Part shown: in pieces, positions 18,639 to 28,195 of the stretch
How the letters are laid out: each line of letters starts with the position of its first letter
How positions within the stretch are numbered: position 1 is the first letter of the stretch
Assembly (NCBI GenBank): GCA_038231275.1
Contig: JBBRLQ010000009.1
Coordinates: forward strand, 96,001-160,000
DNA length: 64,000 nt
Source of the DNA: Polyangiales bacterium
GTDB taxonomy: Bacteria; Myxococcota_A; Polyangia; Polyangiales; Polyangiaceae
Direction of reading: 5' to 3'
Program-made: the position numbers and the translations under genes
The notes under the pieces: model-generated
Database searches by the model: none
What the model was told of the DNA's origin: nothing
The model's input: the letters and a program-made list of their open reading frames with translations, nothing else

Positions 18639-20918
18639 ATGGCGCACGACGACACCGGTGCTCCGACCGACGTCGATGAGGTGGATTCACGCACGTGGAC
18701 GACGCCCGCGCCCAGCGTGATCGGCGGTCGCTACCGCGCAGAGGCGCTGCTCGGCAGCGGCGCGATGGGCACGGTCTACCGCGTGCGCGACCTCGAGCTC
18801 GACGAGACCGTCGCCCTCAAGATGCTCAAGTCGCAGATGGACCTCGCTTCCCACGAGTTCTTTCGGCGCGAGGTCAGGCTCGCGCGCCGGGTCACGCACC
18901 GGAACGTGGTTCGCACGTTCGACATCGGGGAGCACGCGGGCGCGAGGTTCGTCACCCTCGAGTACGTCGACGGCATGAGCCTGCGTCGCGCGCTCGGCCA
19001 GGGACGCATCGACGTCGACCGCGGGCTGTCGATCGCCGCCCGCGTGTGCCTCGGGCTCGCCGCGATCCACGACGCGAGCATCGTCCATCGTGATCTCAAG
19101 CCCGACAACGTGCTGCTGGGCTACGCCGGCGAGGTCAAGGTCGCCGACTTCGGGGTCGCCTTCGCGGCCGGCAGTGTCGGCCGGGAGCTCGGCGGAGGTA
19201 CGCCGGGATACATGTCACCCGAGCAGATCGAGGAGCGCCCGGTAGACGCGCGCTCGGATCTCTACGCTCTCGGGGTGCTCCTCTTCGAGCTTTTCGCCGG
19301 TCGACGGCCGTGGACGGGGATGATCGCGCCGGCGGACTTGCCGCCCCTCACCGCGGCGGCGCCGGTTCCCGCCGTCCTCTCCGACGTCGTGTCGCGGTGC
19401 CTTCAGCGAGATCCGAGCCGGCGCCCCATCAGCGTGATGTCGGTCGCGAACGCCATCCACGAGCTCGCGTCCCTCGCTGAGCCCGCGTCCCTCGCGCCGC
19501 GCTCCCATGGCTGGCTCGACCCGAGGGCGACGAGCGTGGGTGTCGTCAGGTGGCGAGAAGACGGCGACACCTCGGTGGCCGCTGCCCTCGCGAGTGACCT
19601 CGTGCGCGAGCTCGCGGCGTTTCGTTCGCTCAGCGTCCGGCCGATCCTCATCGAGCGAACCCACGCCGATGTTCGTCTGGACGCGCTGGCAGCCGGAGTC
19701 GACGTCGTCGTCGACGGATCCGTACGAGACTCCGGCGACGAGATTTCGCTCGCCCTCCGTCTCGTCACCGCGAAGGACGGCGTGCTCCTTTGGGGCCGTG
19801 CTCTACGGTCTGCGCCCGCGGACGTGCTCGTCACAATCGCCGAGTCCGCGACCGCGATCGCGGCGGCGCTCGAGACCACCTCGACCCCGGCACGCGCGTC
19901 GGCGCCGCGCGACCCGGAAGCGGTGTCCCTCTACTTGCGTGCGGTGGACCTCTCCAGCCGCTCCTTCTCCGAGCTCTCGTCGGAGTGCATCACGCTGATC
20001 GAGCGCGCCCTCGAGCGCTCGCCGGACGATCCGGTCTTCCTCGCCGCGCTGGGAGAGACCTGGTCGCGCACCTTCTTCAGCGAAATCGACGGCGCGCGCG
20101 TGCGGTCCTGCGTCGAGCGCGCCGTGCAACTGGCGCCGGGGTACTCGGAGGCCCATACGGCGCTCGCGGCGGTGCTCTTCATCCAGAACGACGACGTCGG
20201 AACCGTACGCGCTCTCCTCCGCGCCCTCACGCTCACGCCGGCGTCCGTACAGGCGCGGTCGATGTTCGGCTGCGTGCTCGCGGCCGTCGGACGCGTGGAC
20301 GAAGGGCTCGAGTACTTGAGGTCGGCGTACGCGCTCGAGCCTCGCTTCGACATCGCGCGTTTCACGTTCGCGCGCGTCAACGAGCTCATTGGCCAGCCGG
20401 CCGCCGCCGATGCGCTGCTCGTGGACCCTCCTCCTCCGTCGGCGGCGCGCGTCGACTGGATGCATTGGCTTCAGCGCGTTCGCTTCGCCTTCACGCGGCG
20501 CGACGACGCGTACACGCAGGCTCTGCGAGAGAAGATCGCGCCAGCAGCCTTCGAGGTGCACCCGGTGCTCTTCGTCATGCGCCGGATCCTCGCGCGGGAG
20601 GGATCTCCGGGCGAGCTGCTTGCTCCGCTCGTGCAGGTCTCTAGCGCGCTCGCGTCGCGCCCCCGCGCGCGTCAGTTCATGACGCAGCTCACCGTCGAGG
20701 CCGCGACGTTCCTCGGGGACTTGGACGCGGCGGAGGAGAGCCTGGATCGCGCGGAACGTGAAGGAGCGATGGTCGATTGGCTCTGGGTCGAGCGAAGTCA
20801 GGGGCTCGCGCCCCTTCGGGGGAGGCCGCGCTTCGAGTCGATTCGCGCGCGGGTGGACCGAACGAGATCGGCGACGCGCGCAGAGCTGGACGCGCTCGCG
20901 CCCGTAGGCGGTCTCTGA
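18639..20918 (+). CDS. Cytoplasmic Ser/Thr kinase with TolB-like and TPR domains
   Basis: LGSGAMG, VALK, HRDLKPDN, DFG; VVDGSVR...LLWG segment; TPR helices. Confidence 0.9.
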   Translation: MAHDDTGAPTDVDEVDSRTWTTPAPSVIGGRYRAEALLGSGAMGTVYRVRDLELDETVALKMLKSQMDLASHEFFRREVRLARRVTHRNVVRTFDIGEHAGARFVTLEYVDGMSLRRALGQGRIDVDRGLSIAARVCLGLAAIHDASIVHRDLKPDNVLLGYAGEVKVADFGVAFAAGSVGRELGGGTPGYMSPEQIEERPVDARSDLYALGVLLFELFAGRRPWTGMIAPADLPPLTAAAPVPAVLSDVVSRCLQRDPSRRPISVMSVANAIHELASLAEPASLAPRSHGWLDPRATSVGVVRWREDGDTSVAAALASDLVRELAAFRSLSVRPILIERTHADVRLDALAAGVDVVVDGSVRDSGDEISLALRLVTAKDGVLLWGRALRSAPADVLVTIAESATAIAAALETTSTPARASAPRDPEAVSLYLRAVDLSSRSFSELSSECITLIERALERSPDDPVFLAALGETWSRTFFSEIDGARVRSCVERAVQLAPGYSEAHTALAAVLFIQNDDVGTVRALLRALTLTPASVQARSMFGCVLAAVGRVDEGLEYLRSAYALEPRFDIARFTFARVNELIGQPAAADALLVDPPPPSAARVDWMHWLQRVRFAFTRRDDAYTQALREKIAPAAFEVHPVLFVMRRILAREGSPGELLAPLVQVSSALASRPRARQFMTQLTVEAATFLGDLDAAEESLDRAEREGAMVDWLWVERSQGLAPLRGRPRFESIRARVDRTRSATRAELDALAPVGGL

Positions 20919-20919
20919 G

Positions 20920-22650
20920 ATGACGCGCCCCGCAGGGAGCGCCTCTGGCGAGCTCCTCGTCGTGGTGGGCGGCGGCGGCGACGCGACCTCTCGCTTGCTC
21001 GTCGGAGCGGATTCGCGTGTCGTCGGTCGCTCCAAGGACGCCGATCTCGTCGTGCACGATCCGAACGTGTCTCGGCGACATCTGAGTGTCCGCGCCGATG
21101 GGCGCGTCGTGGTGGTGGAAGCGATGCCGGGCGCGGCCCCTTTTCTGCACGGCGGCAAGCCGACGACGGTGGCGAGCGTGGGGCCCGGCGATCACGTCAT
21201 CGTCGGCAGCACCATCCTCTCGGTGTTTCTCGCCGAGGACGGCGCGGGCACCTCGGGCGCCGACGGTTCGACGGTTCTCGGCGGACTCAGCGCGGACGTC
21301 CGAGGCCTCTCCGCGGTGGTCTCGCTCCTCGAAGGGCTCGCGCACGCCGGCGATCGCGATGAGATCGTCCTTGCGACCGACGCCTGGGCGCGCACACACC
21401 TCGGAGCGGCCTCGGCGAGCGTCACGGCGAAGGAGGCTCTCGGGAATCCAGGACGGGGGGAGTTGCCCGTCGCGCTGGCGGTGGAAGCGGCGCCAGGCAC
21501 GCGCGGGCAGGGCGCGGAGCTGGTCGCGCGCCTCGCAGGGGACGCGGGTTGCCTGGTGGTGTCGTTCGCGCGGCAGCCCGAGGACGTCGAAGAGGGCGTC
21601 CGTGCGATCGCAGCGGTCGGCGCGTCGATCGTCTCCGCGAGCCTCGCGTCGGTCAGCGCCAAACGGGCGCTTTTGGCACAATCCGCCGATCTTCGGACCC
21701 TCGCGGTCGGCAGCGCGCGCACGTTCCTCGGCCACTCCAAGGCGGCGACCCAGGTGGACGCGCTCGTGCGCAAGCTCGCTGCCTCCGACACTACGGTGCT
21801 CCTCGCCGGCGAGAGCGGGACGGGAAAGACGTTCGCCGCGAGGCTCATCCACGAAGCCGGCGCGCGCGCGAACGCTCCCCTTCGCGTGCTCAATTGCGCG
21901 GCGGTGCCCGAGGCGCTCCTCGAGAGCGAGCTCTTCGGCAGCGAGCGCGGAGCCTTCAGCGGCGCCATCGCGACGCGCATCGGCGCCTTCGAGTCGGCGG
22001 GCGAAGGCACGCTCCTCCTCGACGAGATCGGAGAGCTCTCCCTCACGGGTCAGGCCAAGATCCTGCGCGCCGTGGAGGAGCGCCGTTTCGAGCGCGTCGG
22101 CTCGAACAAATCCCTCACGCTGAGAGCGCGGATCCTGGCGGCAACGAACCGAGACCTCCGCGAGATGGTCGAGCTCGGCACGTTCCGCCGCGACCTGTTC
22201 TTCCGCATCTCCGTCGTGACCATGACCCTCCCGCCGCTCCGTGATCGCGGGGACGACATCGTGCTGCTCGCCGAGCGGATGCTCGCCGATTTCGGTCCGA
22301 CGGCCGCGCGACGGGTGACGGGTTTCACCGCGGAGGCCCGCGCAGCGCTGTGTGCGTACGCATGGCCGGGCAACGCGCGGGAGCTCAGGAACGCCGTCGA
22401 GCACGCGCTCGTCCTCGGCGAGGACGAGACGATCGGCGTGGAGGATCTCCCGGAGCTCGTGCGGGGAGCCGTCGCCAGCGCGCGCGCCTCCGCCGATCCG
22501 ATGGTCGTGAATCTCCCTGCCGATCTGCGGTGGCTCGAAGAACGCGCCATCGAGGCCGCCCTGATCCACACCGGCGGCAACCGCACGCGCGCCGCGGCGT
22601 TGCTGGGAATCAACCGCGTCACGCTCCAGAAGAAGCTCGCCGCCAAGTAG
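20920..22650 (+). CDS. FHA-domain sigma54-dependent transcriptional activator
   Basis: FHA (VGR...VSRRH), GESGTGKT, ESELFG..GAFSGA, LDEIG, WPGNAREL, Fis-type HTH. Confidence 0.92.
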   Translation: MTRPAGSASGELLVVVGGGGDATSRLLVGADSRVVGRSKDADLVVHDPNVSRRHLSVRADGRVVVVEAMPGAAPFLHGGKPTTVASVGPGDHVIVGSTILSVFLAEDGAGTSGADGSTVLGGLSADVRGLSAVVSLLEGLAHAGDRDEIVLATDAWARTHLGAASASVTAKEALGNPGRGELPVALAVEAAPGTRGQGAELVARLAGDAGCLVVSFARQPEDVEEGVRAIAAVGASIVSASLASVSAKRALLAQSADLRTLAVGSARTFLGHSKAATQVDALVRKLAASDTTVLLAGESGTGKTFAARLIHEAGARANAPLRVLNCAAVPEALLESELFGSERGAFSGAIATRIGAFESAGEGTLLLDEIGELSLTGQAKILRAVEERRFERVGSNKSLTLRARILAATNRDLREMVELGTFRRDLFFRISVVTMTLPPLRDRGDDIVLLAERMLADFGPTAARRVTGFTAEARAALCAYAWPGNARELRNAVEHALVLGEDETIGVEDLPELVRGAVASARASADPMVVNLPADLRWLEERAIEAALIHTGGNRTRAAALLGINRVTLQKKLAAK

Positions 22651-22718
22651 GTCCTCGATGCGTCAGTGCCGCGCTTCCCCGTGCTCAGGGCCTCGCCGGC
22701 GCTGGGGACGCCACGAGG

Positions 22719-23132
22719 TCAGACTGAAGCCGGGGGGGCGCGTCGTGCAAGGATCGCACGACGGACGAGGAGACCGCCGACCAGCGTGGCGCCGAGGAGC
22801 GTCGCAGCGCCTCCGACCTCGAACCATATGGGGTTCGCGCCGCGGCGGTAGAGCACGATGAACGTGCTTTCGACGAGGATGATGGCCGCGGTGACGAGGA
22901 CGGGAATGCGCGAGCCTCCGCCGCCCGCCAGGGTGCCCGCGGCGCCGCCGAGCAGGCCGGAGACGATCGCAACGAGTGTCGCGAGGACATGGATGTGGAT
23001 CGGCGCCGAGACTTCGATGATTCCGCCGAGGGGCGTGAAGCCGACGATGGTGGCGATTTCGATCACGACGAAGCCCGCGAAACCCGCAACGAACCTCCAA
23101 AGAACGCGCAAGAACGCGACGAGCCATTTCAT
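22719..23132 (-). CDS. Small four-TM membrane protein
   Basis: RBS GAGGAG, four hydrophobic segments; divergent from a two-component pair. Confidence 0.7.
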   Translation of the reverse strand: MKWLVAFLRVLWRFVAGFAGFVVIEIATIVGFTPLGGIIEVSAPIHIHVLATLVAIVSGLLGGAAGTLAGGGGSRIPVLVTAAIILVESTFIVLYRRGANPIWFEVGGAATLLGATLVGGLLVRRAILARRAPPASV

Positions 23133-23289
23133 GATGCTGCTCCTCTCGACGAGCGTGGTGCTCGAGAAAGACGCTAGGAGAGCGCGCGCGCCCCCGCATG
23201 TGCCGGAGGGCACCCCCGCGGGAATTCCGAAGCCCATGACTTTCGGCAGGGGTGGCGACCGAGCGGGGCGACTACACTTCCTGCGCACG

Positions 23290-24435
23290 ATGAATTTGCC
23301 CGACGACTACCGACGACACCTTCGCATCGGCGGCACCGCGATCTGGGCGGCGGTGGGGGCGCCGGTGCTCGCTTCGGGCGCGCTTGATCCGAAGGCGAAT
23401 GGGGGAGCCGTGGCGCTCGTCGCGTGGGGCGCGGCGTTCCTGCTTTTCGGCGCGACGTTCCGGTGGGCGACGCGCGGGAACGTCGCAAGGAGCGCAGCCG
23501 TCGCGTTGGTCGCGCTGCAGACGACGCTCGCTCTCGCGCTGCTCGCGTTGCCCCCGTGCTTCGGGCTCGAGGCGGCGCTCCTTGTCCTCGTCGCTCTCGA
23601 GTTGGGCGGGCTCTTTTCGCGCCGCGGCGCCGGCGCGTGGATCGCGGCGCAGAGCACGGGCTTCTGCGCGATCACGTGGGCGCAGTGGGGGTGGCATTGG
23701 GCCGTCGTCCTCACGTTCGTCTACTGCGCGTTCCAGCTCGTCGCCGACGCGACGACGCGCCTGTTCAAGGACGGCGCCGCGACGCGCGCACGGCTCACCG
23801 CGCGCACCGCCGAGCTCGAAGCCACGCGCGAGCTCCTCGCGCAGAGCACGCGCCTCGCCGAGCGCGCCAAGATCGCGCGCGACCTCCACGATGTGCTCGG
23901 CCACCACCTGACCGCCCTCTCGTTGAACCTCGAGATCGCCAGTCACCTGACCGAAGGAGACGCCCTTGCGCGTGTGGAGACCGCGCAGTCGGTGACGCGC
24001 CTACTCCTCGGGGACGTGCGCGGCGTCGTGGGAACGCTGCGGCGCGAGACGCGCCTCGATCTCTCGCTCGCCCTCAAAAAGCTGGCCGACGGCATCCCCC
24101 GGCCACGGATCCACGTCGACGTCGCGCCGGGCTTCTCGCTCGACGATCCGGCCGCCGGCGAGGTCGTGCTGCGCTGCGCACAGGAGATCGTGACCAACGC
24201 GGTCCGTCACGCGCACGCCGACAACCTTCGGCTCGAGGTGACGGAAAGCCCCACCGGCATCCAAATCCACGCGCGCGACGACGGGCGCGGCGCCGGCGAG
24301 CTGCGCCTAGGCGGCGGCCTCTCGGGCATGCGCGATCGGCTCGAACAGCGCGGCGGCGGCCTCTCGGTGGAGACCGCACCGGGGAGAGGGTTCTCGCTGA
24401 CCGGGACCTTGCCGCGAACGAGGGCGCTGTCGTGA
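23290..24435 (+). CDS. DesK/NarX-type (HisKA_3) membrane sensor kinase
   Basis: About 5 TMs, ERAKIARDLHDVLGH, QEIVTNAVRHA, DDGRG, GLSGMRDR. Confidence 0.93.
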   Translation: MNLPDDYRRHLRIGGTAIWAAVGAPVLASGALDPKANGGAVALVAWGAAFLLFGATFRWATRGNVARSAAVALVALQTTLALALLALPPCFGLEAALLVLVALELGGLFSRRGAGAWIAAQSTGFCAITWAQWGWHWAVVLTFVYCAFQLVADATTRLFKDGAATRARLTARTAELEATRELLAQSTRLAERAKIARDLHDVLGHHLTALSLNLEIASHLTEGDALARVETAQSVTRLLLGDVRGVVGTLRRETRLDLSLALKKLADGIPRPRIHVDVAPGFSLDDPAAGEVVLRCAQEIVTNAVRHAHADNLRLEVTESPTGIQIHARDDGRGAGELRLGGGLSGMRDRLEQRGGGLSVETAPGRGFSLTGTLPRTRALS

Positions 24436-25073
24436 TCCGGGTCTTCCTCGTCGAGGATCAAGAGCTCGTGCGCGAAGGGATCCGGAGCCTCCTCGCGCTC
24501 GATCGCCGCGTGGAGGTCGTGGGGACCGCGTCGGACGGCGAAGAGGCGCTCGCCGCGATCCCCGCTGCGCGCGCCGACGTCGTCCTCCTCGACCTGCTCC
24601 TTCCTAAGCTCTCCGGCCTCGATGTCCTTCGGCGCCTCGGCGCGGCGGACTCGCTCCCTCCGGTCATCATCCTCACGACGTTCGATGACGACGAGGCGCT
24701 CGTCGAGGGGCTTCGCGCAGGCGCGCGCGGCTACCTGCTCAAAGACGTCTCGCTCGCGGAGCTCGTCGATGCGATCCTGACCGTCGCGTCGGGCGGCACC
24801 GCGGTGCGTCCCGTCGTCTCCGAGCGCGTGGTGCGTGGGCTCGAGGCAGCGCCGGCCGAGTTCCCGCACCTCGATCCCCCGGATCGGCTCACCGAGCGCG
24901 AGATCGACGTGCTCCGGCTTATGACCGGCGGCTATAGCAACCGCGAGATCGCGCGTGCGCTCGTCCTGTCCGAGGGCACGGTGAAGAACCACGTCTCGAG
25001 CATCCTCTCGAAGCTCGGCGTCCGCGACCGCACGCGCGCGGTGCTCCAGGCCGTCAAGGCCGGTTACTTCTGA
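24432..25073 (+). CDS. NarL/LuxR-family response regulator
   Basis: GTGA overlap with the kinase; REC plus LTEREIDVL...SNREIA...TVKNHVS HTH. Confidence 0.95.
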   Translation: MIRVFLVEDQELVREGIRSLLALDRRVEVVGTASDGEEALAAIPAARADVVLLDLLLPKLSGLDVLRRLGAADSLPPVIILTTFDDDEALVEGLRAGARGYLLKDVSLAELVDAILTVASGGTAVRPVVSERVVRGLEAAPAEFPHLDPPDRLTEREIDVLRLMTGGYSNREIARALVLSEGTVKNHVSSILSKLGVRDRTRAVLQAVKAGYF

Positions 25074-25082
25074 GCCGCTCGT

Positions 25083-26465
25083 CTACAGCGCACAAACGCA
25101 CTCGGTGGGGATCTTTGCGCCCTGCGCGATCCACAGGCGCACGCGCTCGAGCTCGTCGAACGTGAACCCTGGGTTCCCGTTCGTCGGGCCGTTCGGGCCG
25201 ATGTTCGGGTACGGCATCTCACGCCCGAGGATGAAGTCGGAGAGGATCGTGCGCTCGGTGACGTCGGGCGCCGTCGCGAACGGCCTCGCGAGGAGACCGC
25301 TCACCGGCGCGGCGACGAGGGGCAGCGAGCACAGCTTCGCGTCGGGCTTCGTTGGGTCCGGGGCTTGGCACACGCGCCGCCATCCCGCCGTCGCGCCGCA
25401 GTCGGAGTCCTTTTGGCAGTTCAACCCGAAATTTGGAGGGAGCGTATTGCACTTCTGCCCCGCGGTGTCGCAGCCGCCGGTCGCACAGTCGGAGTCCTTC
25501 TCGCAGCCGTCGAGGCACGTGCTCGTGCCGGAGTTGCATACTACACCGGTCGCCGTTTGGCCGAGCGTGCAGTCGGCCGTCTTCGTGCAGGCATCGCCTC
25601 GGGAAGAGATGATTCGGCCGTCGCATCGACCGAACGTCGCGGGCGGCGTCGTCGCGGGATCGCTCGGCGCGGCGAGGAGCAGCTTGTACATGAGCCAGCT
25701 CCGGTCCGGGAATCCCGGCTCGACGATCGCCATGTCGATCCCGAAGACACGCGCCGGCTCCGACGCCGCCGCGCGCGCGCCGGTGTTCGAGCCGTTGGCG
25801 ACGCGTCCGATCGCGTGGCGCATTCCCGCGCTCGTCTCGAGGATGAGCCCTGCCGCTGGGCTGCTCATCCCGTCGCCGAAGCGCGCCGTGTCGCCGCCGG
25901 TGTTTCGCGCGCCGTGGCACGACGACGCCGAGCACCTCTGCTGGAAGAGCGGCGCGACGTCGCGACAATAGTCCGCCGTCGGTTCGCCGCTGCCCGCGCC
26001 CGAAGCCGCCGACGTCAAGAACCCGATCTGGAGGTGTGTGTCTCCCGCGAAGAGCGGCGCGCGATCGATCGCGCGGAAGCCAAACGGATCCGAGTCACCC
26101 TTGGCGACGCGAAGGAACACCTTGTATGGCTGGTCCGGCTTGAGCCACGCGTCGTTCCCTTGCGGCGACAGCGTCACCACGCGCGCAACCGGATCGTACG
26201 AGACGACCGGGATCAGCGGCACGTTGTTCGCGTCGACGAGGGCTATGCCCTGGCGGTTCACCGTCGACGGCAAGAGCATCCGATCGAACTGGATGCGAAT
26301 CGCGGCGTCCGCCGGGAAGGTGCGATCGGTGCCGATGTTCGCGCCGACCACGCTGACGAGCGGACCGTACGTGACCTGATCGTGCTGCTTGCCCTGATCG
26401 CAGCCACCGGCGCTCCCCCCGAGCGCGGCGACGGCGACGAAGGCCAGGAGACCTGCGACGCTCAG
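25083..26465 (-). CDS. Lipoprotein with Ig-like domain and putative c-type heme domain (CX4CH) containing a Cys-rich insertion
   Basis: Lipobox AGGC, IRIQFDR/L.P..Y Big_5-like domain, CSASSCH, REMP, WIAQGA; start uncertain (only CTG available at 26465). Confidence 0.7.
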   Translation of the reverse strand: MSVAGLLAFVAVAALGGSAGGCDQGKQHDQVTYGPLVSVVGANIGTDRTFPADAAIRIQFDRMLLPSTVNRQGIALVDANNVPLIPVVSYDPVARVVTLSPQGNDAWLKPDQPYKVFLRVAKGDSDPFGFRAIDRAPLFAGDTHLQIGFLTSAASGAGSGEPTADYCRDVAPLFQQRCSASSCHGARNTGGDTARFGDGMSSPAAGLILETSAGMRHAIGRVANGSNTGARAAASEPARVFGIDMAIVEPGFPDRSWLMYKLLLAAPSDPATTPPATFGRCDGRIISSRGDACTKTADCTLGQTATGVVCNSGTSTCLDGCEKDSDCATGGCDTAGQKCNTLPPNFGLNCQKDSDCGATAGWRRVCQAPDPTKPDAKLCSLPLVAAPVSGLLARPFATAPDVTERTILSDFILGREMPYPNIGPNGPTNGNPGFTFDELERVRLWIAQGAKIPTECVCAL

Positions 26466-26716
26466 CTCTCGGCGTAGAGGGAGAGCTGCTCGCGGACGAC
26501 CGGCTCGCTCACGCCCGAGCGAATGTGCTCCTTCAGGCAGTCGGCGAGGGTCAGAAGGAGATCGTCGACCCCCTTGTCCTCGATGAGCTTCGCCAGGAGC
26601 GCCTTCGCCTCGCGGCTGTCGTCCCCCCGGAGAAACTGGCGCACGTTGTCCAGCGAGATCTCGCCCTGGAAATCCAGGTACATGTTCTCCATCAAATAAC
26701 GGACGAGCTCTTTCAC
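26462..26716 (-). CDS. Small acidic helical hypothetical protein (84 aa)
   Basis: Strong RBS AGGAGG before GTG, host-like codon usage. Confidence 0.8.
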   Translation of the reverse strand: MKELVRYLMENMYLDFQGEISLDNVRQFLRGDDSREAKALLAKLIEDKGVDDLLLTLADCLKEHIRSGVSEPVVREQLSLYAES

Positions 26717-26830
26717 GCAAGACCTCCTGGGGACGGGGGGTGAGCGGCGATAGATACCGCCCGGTCCCCTCGCGGCGCAAGGGATTACGCCAGGCGAGCG
26801 TGAATTTCCGCGTGGATTTGCGCCGCAATT

Positions 26831-28195
26831 TCAACGGCATTGCGCGAGGACTCCGTCGCCGGGGTTGTGGCAGACAAAGCAGGGGCGCGGGTTTCTCCGC
26901 ATCTGGGTGGCGCATCCGCCCGCGAAACCGGACTTGTGGGGGTTGAAGCCGCCCCCGACGCCCTGCCCGCCGTGGCACACGACGCAGTCGCGCTCGACGT
27001 GGCACGACACGCACGCATTCAGGTTTCGCTGCGCTTCGAACGCGTGGTGGCCGGGCCTCCGCGGCGCGTTGCTCCACACGTCCTTCGCGGGGTGGAAGCG
27101 GCCGTTGTCGCGCACGCCGGACGGCCCGCTCATCGACACGCCGAGCCGCTGGTGGCACTGCAGGCAGAAGCTCTGCTCGCGGTGGCAGCTCGTGCACTTC
27201 TGCGCGGCTTGGCGCGCCTCGATGGGGTGCATCGAGATGTAGTCGTTGGGGTGGATGCTGCGCGGGCGGACGCGACCGTCGTGGCAGTCGGCGCAGAACT
27301 CCTCTTTGTGGCAGTTGCCGCAGAACGACGAGTCGTTGGCGGCGACCATCTTGTGGCGCTCGATCCAATCGGGCGTGTGCTGCGCGTTGTGGAGCCATCG
27401 CGGCGGCATCAGCTTGCCGGTCGCGAAGACGGTCTGCATGCGCCCGCCCTCCTTGATCGTGTTGCGCACGTGGCACGTCTCGCACGCGCCCTTGGCCTCG
27501 CCGCGCGCGGCGCTGTCGGTCATTTGGTGGCAGCCGAAGCAGCCGCGCATGCGGGGGAGCTGGTCGCGCGTCGCGAGCTCGAGATCCTGGACCGCGCCGT
27601 GGCACTGCGGGCAGGCGATGTTCCGGTCGTTGTGCTTCTTGTGGTTGAAGACGAGGTTCGGCCGCGGAATCTGGAACGCGGCGACCTTGTTGCCGTCGCC
27701 GTCCTTGTACCCAACGTGGCAGAAGGCGCATTTGCTGGCGGCGTCGTCGCTGCCCTTCACCGCGTCGAGGTTGTCGTGGTCGACGCTGTGGCAGTCGTCG
27801 CACACGTTGCCCTTGGGCGTGAGGTGATCCTGAACCGACGTGCTCGTCGCCGCGTCTTTGTGGCAGCTCGTGCACTTCTGCTTCTGGTCGACGACGTGGA
27901 AGCGGTGGTTGAAGCGGATCGTGAGCTTCTGCGACGGGTAGACGACGTCGCTCGGCCCGGTGTCGGGATCGAACGAGCCGGGCGGGAGGAGCTTGGCGGG
28001 GACGCGCTGATCGTTCGGCAGGGGAGCGAGGCCGGTGTGGAACGCGGCGCCCGGAGTCGGCGTCGGGGTCGGAGTCGGGGTCGGGGTCGGAGTCGGGGTC
28101 GGAGTCGGAGTCGGAGTCGGAGTCGGACCCTGCGCGACGGCGAGGGACACCGCGAGGACCAGCGCGAGCAGGAGGAGCCAGAACGTCGACTTCAT
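26831..28195 (-). CDS. Periplasmic multiheme c-type cytochrome (13 CXXCH)
   Basis: Signal peptide, PT linker, 13 CXXCH motifs counted, FNH motifs of cytochrome c3/c7 type; ATGA overlap with upstream gene. Confidence 0.92.
   Translation of the reverse strand: MKSTFWLLLLALVLAVSLAVAQGPTPTPTPTPTPTPTPTPTPTPTPTPGAAFHTGLAPLPNDQRVPAKLLPPGSFDPDTGPSDVVYPSQKLTIRFNHRFHVVDQKQKCTSCHKDAATSTSVQDHLTPKGNVCDDCHSVDHDNLDAVKGSDDAASKCAFCHVGYKDGDGNKVAAFQIPRPNLVFNHKKHNDRNIACPQCHGAVQDLELATRDQLPRMRGCFGCHQMTDSAARGEAKGACETCHVRNTIKEGGRMQTVFATGKLMPPRWLHNAQHTPDWIERHKMVAANDSSFCGNCHKEEFCADCHDGRVRPRSIHPNDYISMHPIEARQAAQKCTSCHREQSFCLQCHQRLGVSMSGPSGVRDNGRFHPAKDVWSNAPRRPGHHAFEAQRNLNACVSCHVERDCVVCHGGQGVGGGFNPHKSGFAGGCATQMRRNPRPCFVCHNPGDGVLAQCR
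28052..28126 (-). repeat. Hexamer tandem repeat encoding (Pro-Thr)12-Pro linker
   Basis: (CCGACN)x12 with varying third codon positions. Confidence 0.95.

Noticed and set aside
28052..28126. Short tandem repeat resembling a contingency locus or CRISPR-like array
   Set aside because: In-frame 6-mer with degenerate third positions encoding a Pro-Thr linker; no spacers and no cas genes
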